A DNA stretch of 29,023 nt from Dehalococcoidia bacterium (GTDB taxonomy: Bacteria > Chloroflexota > Dehalococcoidia > Dehalococcoidales > JAUVZE01). The translations under genes and the position numbers were made by a program. The notes under the pieces are model-generated. The model searched no databases. It saw only the letters and a program-made list of their open reading frames with translations, and was not told the origin of the DNA. The DNA is taken from contig JAUVZE010000001.1 in NCBI GenBank assembly GCA_030602665.1, forward strand, positions 1 through 29,023, read 5' to 3'. Positions 1 through 8,702 of the stretch are shown here, piece by piece (the stretch's first letter is position 1; the number at the start of each line of letters is the position of its first letter).

Positions 1-512
1 TGCATGACGTCCAATACCGGCCGTACTACGCCGTCCACGCGGTCGCTACGGGCACAAAGTATACCTATAGGAATACCCAGTGCTACCGAGATAAGCACCG
101 CAGTAGCAATAAGCGCCAGGGTAGCCATGCTCAGCTCCCACAACCCGAGCATGCCGATGAAGTACATGGCAGCACCAGTAAATATGGCCACGCGGGCGCT
201 AGCCAGCCGCCAGGCCAGCAGAATGATGAGCAGCAGCACTGACCACCAAGGCAGCCAGAGCAAAAATTTCTCCAGGTTGTTCAGTACTACCGCAACAACC
301 TGCTTTATACCATCAAAGAATATTGCGAAGTTAACTACAAGCCAGTCTACCCCGGTATTCACCCAAGGGCCCAGGGGCAACTCATAGAAGCCCCCCTTGT
401 AGTCGTTCAATAGCCAGCCAAGTAGTAAGATAAGCCCGGACACCCCAAGCCAGAATAGCCAGCGGATGGCGGGGCGCTGGTTAAGCCTTCGGGCGAACCT
501 AGTTATCTCCAT
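1..512 (-). CDS. proW: Glycine betaine/proline ABC transporter permease (ProW/OpuAB family), N-terminal part; runs off the left edge
   Basis: Not in the ORF track. Translated by hand from ATG at 512: MEITRFARRLNQRPAIRWLFWLG...LPLGPWVNTGVDWLVVNF...LSMATLALIATAVLISVALGIPIGILCARSDRVDGVVRPVLDVMQ. It is hydrophobic, has the ProW-type 'GIPIGI...RPxLDxMQ' segment and starts 2 bp after the proV stop. Confidence 0.9.
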   Translation of the reverse strand, partial: MEITRFARRLNQRPAIRWLFWLGVSGLILLLGWLLNDYKGGFYELPLGPWVNTGVDWLVVNFAIFFDGIKQVVAVVLNNLEKFLLWLPWWSVLLLIILLAWRLASARVAIFTGAAMYFIGMLGLWELSMATLALIATAVLISVALGIPIGILCARSDRVDGVVRPVLDVM

Positions 513-514
513 CT

Positions 515-1759
515 TTATCTTTTTTGGTCGTTGACATGCTGGGCAGCGTTATTATTTTTCTCCTCTGCCATCATGCCCAATAACAGGGCCACGCGGGGTA
601 CCTCTCCGATAAGTCTTTCATCTTCATCAACTACCGCCACTGGGTTATCGCTGGTAGCCGCCAGCGGTATCACCTCTTCAATCGGCTGCTCAGACCCTAT
701 CTGAAGAGCATTCCCTTTCACGACCTTACTCAGCCTGGTGACACCATCTTTAATGGCTTGCCTTGCCTCATTGAGGGTGATAATCCCCCTCAGCCGTCTC
801 CCAGGGTCCATTACGAAGGCATATTGGATGTCTTTTTCCCTCATCCCATGCAGGGCTACCTTGGGCCCCTGCCAGCTGTACAGCGTAACCTCCGGCTCTC
901 TCATGATGTTTCTCACCGGGATGACCTTACTTCGGGGTATATCACGAACGAACTCAGTCACGTACTCGTCAGCCGGGTCGGCTACTATCTCTTCAGGGCT
1001 ACCGAGCTGGACGATTTCTCCGTCCTTCATGATGGCGATGCGTTCGCCCAGCTTGAGTGCTTCATTAAGGTCGTGGGTGATAAACACGATGGTCTTCTGC
1101 ACCACCGACATCAGGTTGATGAATTCGTCCTGCATCTGGCGGCGGATGAGAGGGTCAAGAGCGCTGAATGGCTCATCCATGAGCAGTATCTCGGGGTCTA
1201 CAGCGAATGCCCGCGCCAGACCTACTCGCTGTTGCATGCCGCCACTGAGCTCATCAGGATAGTTGTTCTCCCAGCCTTTGAGCCCCACCATCTCAAGCAC
1301 CTCCAGTGTCCGTTTTCGCCGCTGTGCCTTGTCCACGGCCTGCACCTCAAGCCCGTAGGCTGCATTGTCAAGCACCGAGCGATGAGGGAATAGGGCGAAC
1401 TGCTGGAACACCATGCACACCTTGTGGCGGCGGGTCATCCTGAGCTCTGTCTCATTCATGGTGGCAAGGTCAGCTCCATCGACGAGGATTCGTCCCTTGG
1501 TGGGCTTGATGAGGCGGTTAATGCAGCGGATGAGGGTGGACTTGCCACTACCAGATAATCCCATAATCACAAACGCTTCACCCTCATTGACATCAAAGGA
1601 AACGTCTTTCACAGCTATCACATGACCGGTCTGCTTCAGCACTTCCTCTTTGGTCATGCCATCCTTTATCAGGTTGAGAGCACGTTGTGGGTCAGGGCCG
1701 AAGACCTTCCACAGATTTTGACACGAGATTTTTACCTGGGTGTCCCCCTTTTCGCTCAT
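515..1759 (-). CDS. proV: Glycine betaine/proline ABC transporter ATP-binding subunit with C-terminal CBS domains
   Basis: Walker A GLSGSGKST, signature LSGGMQQRVGLARA, Walker B ILLMDEPFSALDPLIR, H-loop FITHDL and a CBS-like C-terminus, all typical of ProV/OpuAA. Confidence 0.93.
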   Translation of the reverse strand: MSEKGDTQVKISCQNLWKVFGPDPQRALNLIKDGMTKEEVLKQTGHVIAVKDVSFDVNEGEAFVIMGLSGSGKSTLIRCINRLIKPTKGRILVDGADLATMNETELRMTRRHKVCMVFQQFALFPHRSVLDNAAYGLEVQAVDKAQRRKRTLEVLEMVGLKGWENNYPDELSGGMQQRVGLARAFAVDPEILLMDEPFSALDPLIRRQMQDEFINLMSVVQKTIVFITHDLNEALKLGERIAIMKDGEIVQLGSPEEIVADPADEYVTEFVRDIPRSKVIPVRNIMREPEVTLYSWQGPKVALHGMREKDIQYAFVMDPGRRLRGIITLNEARQAIKDGVTRLSKVVKGNALQIGSEQPIEEVIPLAATSDNPVAVVDEDERLIGEVPRVALLLGMMAEEKNNNAAQHVNDQKR

Positions 1760-1959
1760 AAGCTCCTACCTTTTGGTTTCAGTAGTGGGTTTACAGCGGG
1801 ATGGAGTTCGGTTCAGAGTGGGAAGTAGAGAGGAAGGGAAAAAGTGGGGCAAAGACGAGGGAGCCAAAGGTTAGCTCAGGTTTCCTCCTGGCTAGGCTAA
1901 TTTAAGAACCTCCTCAGATTCGTATCACAGAATTACTGCGTACTATCTAAAACTCTTAT

Positions 1960-1988
1960 ACTATACCAGAGATTTCATAATTAGTCAA
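1960..1988 (-). promoter_or_regulatory. Sigma70-type promoter of the proVW operon
   Basis: On the minus strand: TTGACT (1988-1983), 17 bp, then TATAGT (1965-1960), preceded by an extended -10 TG. Confidence 0.65.
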
Positions 1989-2091
1989 CCCGGGTGGGGA
2001 GCATTAGCTGGGTAATGGTTTGTTGATTGTGTGGGGGAACAGGTTGTACCGGGCTTGAGCAAGTTGACTCAGCTATCTCGCCGGGATGATT

Positions 2092-2748
2092 TCAAACCGG
2101 CTCTACCATGATTAAGGATGCCGCTTCCCGACCTATAGCCTTGGTGGAATTATTGACCTCAATTGTCAAGGTGCCATCAAAAGATGCTTTCTCCAGGACT
2201 TTTACCTTCGCTCCAGGGATTAGACCCAGGCTGGTCAGATAACGCAGGAATTTTGAATTACTCTCGCTAACAACGCAAACCATCTTACCAGCTTGCCCCG
2301 CTTCAAGGTCAGCTAGCGGGATACCAGGCACCTTGGGCCTCTTGAGGTTGCTCTTGGGGATAGGACTGCCATGCGGGCAAACATCGGGATTATCCAGAAA
2401 CTTGCCCAGCTTTTCGGCGACTAAGTCGGATGTGGCATGTTCCAAACTACAGGCAGGCTGGTAGACATCTTCCCAGCCTATCCCTAGATACCTGTTGAGG
2501 AATACCTCCCACAGGCGATGACGACGGGTTAACTCCAAAAAGCGCCGTCTGCCCTTTTCAGTCAGCGCCGCACCTCCGTAGGGGTGGTACTCAACCAGCC
2601 CCTTTCTTAATAGTCGGCGTAGCATCTCGCTCACCGAGGCTGGAGATACTTCTAGAACTTGCGCTATAGAGGAAGTACTAACCGGACTCTCCCGCTCCTC
2701 AAGCGCACCGATGGATTCCAGATATTCCTCTACTGTCCGCTCACTCAA
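2092..2748 (-). CDS. DtxR/IdeR/MntR-family metal-dependent repressor with a C-terminal FeoA-like domain
   Basis: Motifs EEYLESI, HTH (VSPASVSEMLRRL), 'RRHRLWEVFL', 'ACSLEH', 'PDVCPHGSPIP' and a C-terminal 'YLTSLGLIPGAKVKV'. TTG start with an AGGAGG SD. Confidence 0.92.
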   Translation of the reverse strand: MSERTVEEYLESIGALEERESPVSTSSIAQVLEVSPASVSEMLRRLLRKGLVEYHPYGGAALTEKGRRRFLELTRRHRLWEVFLNRYLGIGWEDVYQPACSLEHATSDLVAEKLGKFLDNPDVCPHGSPIPKSNLKRPKVPGIPLADLEAGQAGKMVCVVSESNSKFLRYLTSLGLIPGAKVKVLEKASFDGTLTIEVNNSTKAIGREAASLIMVEPV

Positions 2749-2769
2749 AGCACGCCTCCTACAACCTTC

Positions 2770-2798
2770 ATTCTACTATATCTATTCGGATGAGTCAA
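2770..2798 (-). promoter_or_regulatory. Sigma70-type promoter of the DtxR-family gene
   Basis: TTGACT (2798-2793), 17 bp, TAGAAT (2775-2770). Confidence 0.65.
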
Positions 2799-2806
2799 GA
2801 AAATTT

Positions 2807-2820
2807 TAAGGGTGCCCAAA
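2807..2820. promoter_or_regulatory. Candidate DtxR-family operator 1 (TAAGG-GTGC-CCAAA)
   Basis: Imperfect match to the TTAGG-N4-CCTAA palindrome core of DtxR-family boxes; lies between the divergent promoters. Confidence 0.45.
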
Positions 2821-2839
2821 AATAACTATTAAGAGGTAT

Positions 2840-2868
2840 TTGACAAGCTCTCGGGTATCTGCTATAAT
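2840..2868 (+). promoter_or_regulatory. Perfect-consensus sigma70 promoter of ftr1-feoAB
   Basis: TTGACA (2840-2845), 17 bp, TATAAT (2863-2868). Confidence 0.85.
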
Positions 2869-2879
2869 AATCATAAGAA

Positions 2880-2893
2880 TAAGGCTATCCTAA
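2880..2893. promoter_or_regulatory. Candidate DtxR-family operator 2 (TAAGG-CTAT-CCTAA)
   Basis: One mismatch from TTAGG-N4-CCTAA and just downstream of the predicted transcription start, the usual repressor position. Confidence 0.6.
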
Positions 2894-2937
2894 ACAATAT
2901 ATTCGGGATACCATTAAATAAAGGCAAGTATAACTAA

Positions 2938-3837
2938 ATGCTGAGTTCACTTTTAATTACGTTAAGAGAGGGGCTAGAAGCTGTCCTTATCATCGGGATT
3001 ATTCTGGCTTATCTAGCCAGAACTGACAATCGCCAGGGCTTCAAATCTGTCTGGCTGGGGGCTCTACTGGGTGTGTTAGCTAGCTTAGTTGCCGGCGTCG
3101 TCATCTATCTTTCGGCTGGAGAGCTTAGTGGCCAAGCTGAAGAGGTCTTCGAAGGTATTGCCATGTTTGTTGCCGCCGGTGTCCTCACCTGGATGATATT
3201 CTGGATGCGTAAGCAGGCCGTCAATATCAAGGCCCACTTACATGCCCAGATACAATCTGTGCTTACCAGTGGTTCATCGTTGGGCTTGGTCATACTAGCC
3301 TTCGTGGCAGTGGTGAGAGAAGGCTTTGAGACAGTACTCTTCCTCTTTGCCGCTACTAGGGTAGCCGAATCGCCAGTCTTGTTTGTCGTGGGAGGCTTTC
3401 TAGGACTGGCCATAGCCGTAGCAATAGGGTACAGCATATATAAGGGTGCATCCCGACTCAATTTGAGGGCCTTCTTCAATGTGACCAGCCTAGTGCTCAT
3501 TCTGTTTGCTGCTGGCTTACTGACTCATGGAATTCACGAGTTTCATGAGGCTGGGATTATCCCGCCGGTGATGGAGCACGTGTGGGATATTAACCACATC
3601 CTTCCTGAAAAGTCGACCTTCGGGCGATTCTTGACGGCTATCCTCGGCTATAATGGCAATCCGTCCCTGGCGGAAGTGGTTACTTACTTTGTATATCTGG
3701 CTTTGGCCCTAGGAGGCTACTTCCGCCCCATCACAGTGAAGAGCGAAATGAAAGCTAGAGAAAGAGTGGCCTTGACAAAAGGAGATGATAAAGATGAGTT
3801 AGCCCGAAAGGAACCAGAAAGGACGGAAAGGAGATAA
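2938..3837 (+). CDS. FTR1/EfeU-family iron permease
   Basis: Two RExxE motifs (LREGLEA, VREGFET), about 7 hydrophobic segments, and 'GLLTHGIHEFHEAG'. Confidence 0.93.
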   Translation: MLSSLLITLREGLEAVLIIGIILAYLARTDNRQGFKSVWLGALLGVLASLVAGVVIYLSAGELSGQAEEVFEGIAMFVAAGVLTWMIFWMRKQAVNIKAHLHAQIQSVLTSGSSLGLVILAFVAVVREGFETVLFLFAATRVAESPVLFVVGGFLGLAIAVAIGYSIYKGASRLNLRAFFNVTSLVLILFAAGLLTHGIHEFHEAGIIPPVMEHVWDINHILPEKSTFGRFLTAILGYNGNPSLAEVVTYFVYLALALGGYFRPITVKSEMKARERVALTKGDDKDELARKEPERTERR

Positions 3838-3840
3838 TAC

Positions 3841-3900
3841 ATGTCAGTGAAGATACTGAGTGACTTAAAGCCCAAAGAGAAAGGTAAGATTTATGCCTAA
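3841..3900 (+). pseudogene. 19-codon FeoA N-terminal stub (MSVKILSDLKPKEKGKIYA)
   Basis: GGAGA SD, then ATG. The peptide matches the FeoA opening pattern 'LSDLKPGExGKI' and stops 8 nt into the intact feoA. Confidence 0.6.
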
Positions 3901-4135
3901 CGGAAAATTAGTAACTCTGCGCCAGATGCAATCCGGGCAGAGCGGTAAAGTAGTTCAAATTCAAGGGGGATTCGGGCTGGTTAATCGCCTTAGCGCTCTA
4001 GGAATCAGGCCAGGTAAGAGGATAACCAAGGTTAGCTCTATGCTTATGCGAGGGCCAGTAACCATCCAGGCAGGTAATACTCAGGTGGCTCTTGGTTTTG
4101 GTATGGCTAATAAGATAATAGTTGAATTAGATTAG
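3893..4135 (+). CDS. feoA: Ferrous iron transport protein A
   Basis: 80 aa, SH3-like pattern 'RLSALGIRPGKRITKV...GPVTI...VALGFGMANKIIVE', directly upstream of feoB. Confidence 0.92.
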   Translation: MPNGKLVTLRQMQSGQSGKVVQIQGGFGLVNRLSALGIRPGKRITKVSSMLMRGPVTIQAGNTQVALGFGMANKIIVELD

Positions 4136-4142
4136 GCAATAT

Positions 4143-5849
4143 ATGAAGATACTTTTGATGGGAAATCCCAATGTGGGCAAGAGCGTTGTTTTCTCCCGCC
4201 TAACCGGAGTCCATGTAATTGCTTCCAATTATCCCGGTACCACGGTGGGCTATACGCAGGGTTTTATGAAGCTGGGAGAAGAGACGGCCGAAGTTGTTGA
4301 TGTGCCCGGCACATATACACTGGAACCCACTTCTAAGGCTGAGGAAATAGCCTTAAAGATGCTCAGCACTGGGGATATAGTTATAAATGTGGTTGATGCC
4401 ACCAATCTGGAGAGGAATCTCAATTTAACTTTGCAATTGCTGGAAAAGGGGATCCCGGTGATAGTAGCTTTGAATATGTGGGATGATGTTGGGCATCGGG
4501 GAATACACATTAATTTGAGCCAGCTTGAGGAGCTATTGGGCGTGCCGGTTATTCCTACTGTAGCTGTAACCGGACAAGGAATAAAGAAATTGGTGGAACG
4601 TATCCCTCGCGCCAGTTCACCTAAGTTTCCTCCACGTAGTCGTGATGAGCGCTGGGTTACCATCGGCAATATTATTGAGCAGGTTCAGCAGGTCACACAC
4701 CGCCACCATACCTGGCTAGAGCGCCTGGAGGATGCTAGTGTCAAGCCTCTAACCGGGGGTTTTATAGCTTTGGTTGTTCTGGTTGGTACCTTTTTTGTGG
4801 TTCGTTTCATTGGTGAGAGCCTGATTGGCTATGTACTTGACCCCTTATTTGATACTCTATGGACACCAGTAATATTGCAGTTAAGCAGTCTCCTCGGCGG
4901 TTCCGGTTTTCTACACAGTACTTTGATAGGTAATATAGCCAACGGCGAAGTGAACTATGTTGAATCATTCGGATTGCTGACTACCGGACTTTACGTGCCC
5001 TTCGCTATGGTTTTACCTTACATTTTCGCTTTTTACCTCATACTGGGTCTGCTTGAGGATATTGGCTATCTGCCACGATTGGCCATTCTGATGGATACCA
5101 TTATGCACCGCCTGGGATTGCATGGTTACGCTATCATTCCCACCCTATTGGGGCTTGGCTGCAATGTACCCGCCGTCCTGGCTACCCGTATCCTAGAAAG
5201 TAAACGAGAAAGGTTTATTGCGGCGACACTTATATCTATTGCCGTCCCCTGCGCCGCCCTGCAGGCGATGGTCTTCGGTCTGGTTGGGGAACGAGGGATT
5301 CAGTATGTAGCTATCGTCTATGGGACACTATTTGTAGTGTGGATTATTTTGGGGTTTATTCTCAACCGGATGGTGAAAGGATTTAGCCCGGAGCTGTTAA
5401 TAGAGATACCACCGTACCGCCTGCCATTATGGCGAACGGTGTTATTAAAATTATGGATGAGGGTCTATGGTTTCTTAAAGGAAGCCATCCCCATAATTTT
5501 AGCTGCGGTTCTGGTAATAAATATACTCTACACCTTGGGTGTATTTGACGCTATCGCTAATTTTACCGCACCAATAGTGACCGGCCTTCTAGGACTACCT
5601 AAAGAGGCAGTGGTAGCCTTGGTTATTGGCTTCCTGCGCAAGGATGTAGCTATCGGTATGCTGGCTCCTTTAGGGTTGAGTGCTGGGCAACTGGTTGTTG
5701 GCAGTGTAGTTTTAGCTATGTTTTTCCCCTGTATTGCCACCTTTGTTGTCCTTCTCAGGGAACTGGGTGTTACTGGCATGCTCAAGGCAGCAGCCATAAT
5801 GGTTACCACAGCCCTAGTGGTGGGAGGGGTATTGAACTTAATCTTATAG
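4143..5849 (+). CDS. feoB: Ferrous iron transport protein B (compact, 568 aa)
   Basis: G1 GNPNVGKS, G2 NYPGTTV, G3 DVPGTY, G4 NMWD; membrane motifs 'LEDIGYLPR', 'GLGCNVPA' and 'FFPCIAT'. Confidence 0.95.
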   Translation: MKILLMGNPNVGKSVVFSRLTGVHVIASNYPGTTVGYTQGFMKLGEETAEVVDVPGTYTLEPTSKAEEIALKMLSTGDIVINVVDATNLERNLNLTLQLLEKGIPVIVALNMWDDVGHRGIHINLSQLEELLGVPVIPTVAVTGQGIKKLVERIPRASSPKFPPRSRDERWVTIGNIIEQVQQVTHRHHTWLERLEDASVKPLTGGFIALVVLVGTFFVVRFIGESLIGYVLDPLFDTLWTPVILQLSSLLGGSGFLHSTLIGNIANGEVNYVESFGLLTTGLYVPFAMVLPYIFAFYLILGLLEDIGYLPRLAILMDTIMHRLGLHGYAIIPTLLGLGCNVPAVLATRILESKRERFIAATLISIAVPCAALQAMVFGLVGERGIQYVAIVYGTLFVVWIILGFILNRMVKGFSPELLIEIPPYRLPLWRTVLLKLWMRVYGFLKEAIPIILAAVLVINILYTLGVFDAIANFTAPIVTGLLGLPKEAVVALVIGFLRKDVAIGMLAPLGLSAGQLVVGSVVLAMFFPCIATFVVLLRELGVTGMLKAAAIMVTTALVVGGVLNLIL

Positions 5850-5927
5850 CTCTTTGCTGGATATGATGACAAAGGAGAACCTCAGAGAGGCGACTGAGAG
5901 GGAAAATCTGGAAATCCTGTCAATTCT

Positions 5928-6869
5928 CTAATCTCCTCGGGGCAGGTAACGACATCCTGTCCGGCCCTGAAAACGTTCAATAGGTTGAGGGACATAGACG
6001 AATTCTGGGCTGGGGCACTGATGCATGCACTTGCCGCAAAAGTCAATGAAGCCCATGGCGTAAAGCCCCTCGTCGGCGAACTTACGCTTGGCCGCAGCAC
6101 GCACGAAATCGGCCTGCGTTATTCTTTCCGGGGGCTCGAAGTGCGTCCGACTGCCTGACCCCTCAGTGAATCCGTCCAGGCACCAGCGGCACCGCATGTG
6201 GTCGAGCGCCCCATAACGGTAGGTGCGCCCGTCCATGGTGAACTCTTGGGCCTCATCCTTGCTGAGGGCGCCGATAGGACAGGTCTCCACACAGGCATAC
6301 CCGCAGAGTTCAGGCTTGCAGAGCTGTTCAGAGGCCATCAACTCTCCGGCCTCCAGGGGTGCCTCGGTAATGACCGAGATTAGGCGCTGCCGGGCGCCAT
6401 AAGCCGGGGTGAGGAACAGGTTGCTCCAGCCGAAGGTCCCCAGCCCAGCAGCGAGGGCCGCGTGCTTATGGGAGAAGTCGCCCAAGTAACGGTTCCATTG
6501 GTCAAAGTATTCATCGTACCGATACCGCGCCAGCATATACGAGGGCGCCATGGGCAGGCTCTGGTAGCCATAGGTTTCGAGGGCCTTAGCCACCTTCAGT
6601 GCTACCCGAGATAGTTCCCAGTTTAAAAGGGCGAAGCCAAACAACATGTAGGGCGTGGGCAGGCAGCCTTTCTCAGTGAAGGTCCCCCAAACCTCTCCGA
6701 TGGCCCGTGGATAGCCAATGCCAGCCACCACCACCGAACGAGCTGACGACATATAGTAGTTGGGGTGGGTCTGTTCCGGTCCGGTGTCAAAGCGCTTCAC
6801 CGGAGCGAAGCCCACCATATCTGCCCCAGCGTCCAGAGTGACAGACCGTATCTCTTGGGAGAGGTTCAC
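5928..6869 (-). CDS. QueG/reductive-dehalogenase superfamily double-[4Fe-4S] protein, probably cobamide-binding; not a true QueG
   Basis: 'GADMVGFAP' N-terminus, 'SHKHAALAAGLGTFGWSNLFLTPAYGARQRLISVITEAPL', and Cys motifs CKPELCGYACVETCP, CRWC and CGKCMHQCP. The QueG 'DYH' motif is absent. Confidence 0.75.
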   Translation of the reverse strand: MNLSQEIRSVTLDAGADMVGFAPVKRFDTGPEQTHPNYYMSSARSVVVAGIGYPRAIGEVWGTFTEKGCLPTPYMLFGFALLNWELSRVALKVAKALETYGYQSLPMAPSYMLARYRYDEYFDQWNRYLGDFSHKHAALAAGLGTFGWSNLFLTPAYGARQRLISVITEAPLEAGELMASEQLCKPELCGYACVETCPIGALSKDEAQEFTMDGRTYRYGALDHMRCRWCLDGFTEGSGSRTHFEPPERITQADFVRAAAKRKFADEGLYAMGFIDFCGKCMHQCPSPEFVYVPQPIERFQGRTGCRYLPRGD

Positions 6870-6884
6870 ACAACACCCCTTATA

Positions 6885-7784
6885 CTATGTTCCTGAGCGC
6901 TTTCCTTCCTTGGCTTTAATCTCTGCCATAGCCTCAAGGATTTTCTTGGCTCCAACATAAACAGGCGTATCCACCATCTTACCTTTGTATGACACTGCCG
7001 CTGACCCCTTGGCGATTCCTTCCTCTTCAAACACCTTAACAATTTCTCTAGCCCACTCCACCCTATCAGGTGCTGGCGAGTAAATCCTATGAGAAGGTTC
7101 AATCTGACTGGGATGAATCAGCATTCTTCCCTCAAAGCCTAACTGCCGACCGTAGGCTGTATCCTTCTCAAAGCCCTCAGTGTCTCTGAAGTCTACATAG
7201 GGGGCGTCAATAGCTATAATACCGGCAGCTCTAGCCGCACAGGCCATGCGTGCCCTAGCCCATTTTTGCTCCTCACCTATCGGCTGATTCAGTTTAATCC
7301 TCATATCCGTAGTATAATCCACCGCTCCATAAATCAGTGAATTAACTCTTGGGCTTGCCGTAGCTGATTGGTAAACATTCATCATGCCTTTAGCCGTTTC
7401 AATCAATAGCTGAATTTTTATGTTCCCTATCTCTAATCCCCTTTTCTGTTCCATTTCCTCTAGTTTCCAATCCAGGCGCTTTACGTGGTCTGGCCCCCCA
7501 CACTTAGCCAGACAAACACCGGCAAGTCCCTCATCAACCATCGCTTCACAATCAGCATTAGTCATACCCGTTTCCCAGTTGTTGATACGAGTATAAACAT
7601 CGGCGCCGGATGATGCTGCAAATTTGAGATTTTGATGACTCAATTCCCGAGCTTTTTGTTTCTCTGCCGGCGGCACGGAATCCTCGAGGTCCAGTGTAAT
7701 GATATCCGCCAGTATCTTCGGAATCTTGCTAATCAAGTCCTCCCTATTCCCTGGAACATAAAACACGGAACGCATAACTGGCAT
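6885..7784 (-). CDS. CitE/malyl-CoA-lyase family acyl-CoA C-C lyase
   Basis: 'RSVFYVPGN', 'LDLEDSVP', 'RIN', 'IET', 'GAVDY', 'IHPSQI' and a C-terminal 'MVDTP'; the usual catalytic and Mg-binding residues are present. Confidence 0.9.
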   Translation of the reverse strand: MPVMRSVFYVPGNREDLISKIPKILADIITLDLEDSVPPAEKQKARELSHQNLKFAASSGADVYTRINNWETGMTNADCEAMVDEGLAGVCLAKCGGPDHVKRLDWKLEEMEQKRGLEIGNIKIQLLIETAKGMMNVYQSATASPRVNSLIYGAVDYTTDMRIKLNQPIGEEQKWARARMACAARAAGIIAIDAPYVDFRDTEGFEKDTAYGRQLGFEGRMLIHPSQIEPSHRIYSPAPDRVEWAREIVKVFEEEGIAKGSAAVSYKGKMVDTPVYVGAKKILEAMAEIKAKEGKRSGT

Positions 7785-7796
7785 TTTTTTAACCTC

Positions 7797-8693
7797 CTAT
7801 AAATTTAATAGTCTTTTAAGCGTAGGGACGATTTCTTTAGGTGTTTCCACCGGATAAGCTCCGGCCTCACGGAGAGCCTTTACCTTGCCCGGCACCGACC
7901 CACGCCCTCGCTCTACTATCGCCGATGCGTGGGAGAAGCGCTGTCCTTCCGGGGCGGCAACACCAGCAATATAGATGACGAAAGGTTTAGTAAATTCACC
8001 CGCCTTGATAACCTCGGCAGCTTCTTCCTCCTGACTACCACCGATTTCACCAAAAACGGCTACCCCAAGGGTCTGCTCATCCTTCTCAAATAAGAGAAGA
8101 TAGTCAGCCATAGACATCCCAAGAATCGGCTCCGTGCCGGTGTGGATGGCAGTACTGACACCAAGCCCACCGTTCTTAAGAATCCAGGGCAGTGTCCCGG
8201 ACTCTCCACCACTACGCGATAAAACCCCAATAGGACCAGGTTGAAATAACATATTTGCCCACTCCACATTTCCGCCTAACCATCCAGCAACCGCCTTTCC
8301 CGGACTTAACAGGCCAAGCGACCCTGGCCCAATTATGGTGGCGCCTTCCTTTTTGGCTACCGAGACTATCTCCATGATATCATGAAGAGGTACCCGCTCC
8401 GCAGGAGAAACAATATACTTAATACCAGCATCAAGAGCCTCCAGTATGGCCATTTTCACCACTGTTCCCGGAATAAAGGTAACGCTCATATCAATAGAGC
8501 CCTGTGCCCTAATTGCCTCTTTCACCGTATTATAGACCGGAATCCCATTCACCTCCTGTCCACCCCGACCCGGAGAGGTACCGGCTACCACCTTGGTGCC
8601 GTAGTCCTTCATATACTTAGAGCGCAGGGAGCCTTCTCGTCCGGTTATACCCTGAACGATAACCATGGTCTTCTCATCAATAAGAATTGACAT
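7797..8693 (-). CDS. ADP-forming acid:CoA ligase alpha subunit (SucD/ACL-alpha family)
   Basis: CoA-binding 'VIVQGITGREG...KVVAGTSPG', 'SRSGG', 'GEIGGSQEEEAA' and the phospho-His motif 'RFSHASAI'. Confidence 0.88.
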   Translation of the reverse strand: MSILIDEKTMVIVQGITGREGSLRSKYMKDYGTKVVAGTSPGRGGQEVNGIPVYNTVKEAIRAQGSIDMSVTFIPGTVVKMAILEALDAGIKYIVSPAERVPLHDIMEIVSVAKKEGATIIGPGSLGLLSPGKAVAGWLGGNVEWANMLFQPGPIGVLSRSGGESGTLPWILKNGGLGVSTAIHTGTEPILGMSMADYLLLFEKDEQTLGVAVFGEIGGSQEEEAAEVIKAGEFTKPFVIYIAGVAAPEGQRFSHASAIVERGRGSVPGKVKALREAGAYPVETPKEIVPTLKRLLNL

Positions 8694-8702
8694 TTTTACC
8701 CC

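Noticed and set aside
5860-5927. Riboswitch-like (glycine or cobalamin) or terminator sequence between feoB and the QueG-like gene
   Set aside because: Only a 5-bp stem (CTCAG/CTGAG) with no U tract. It lies between convergent 3' ends and lacks the riboswitch core motifs.
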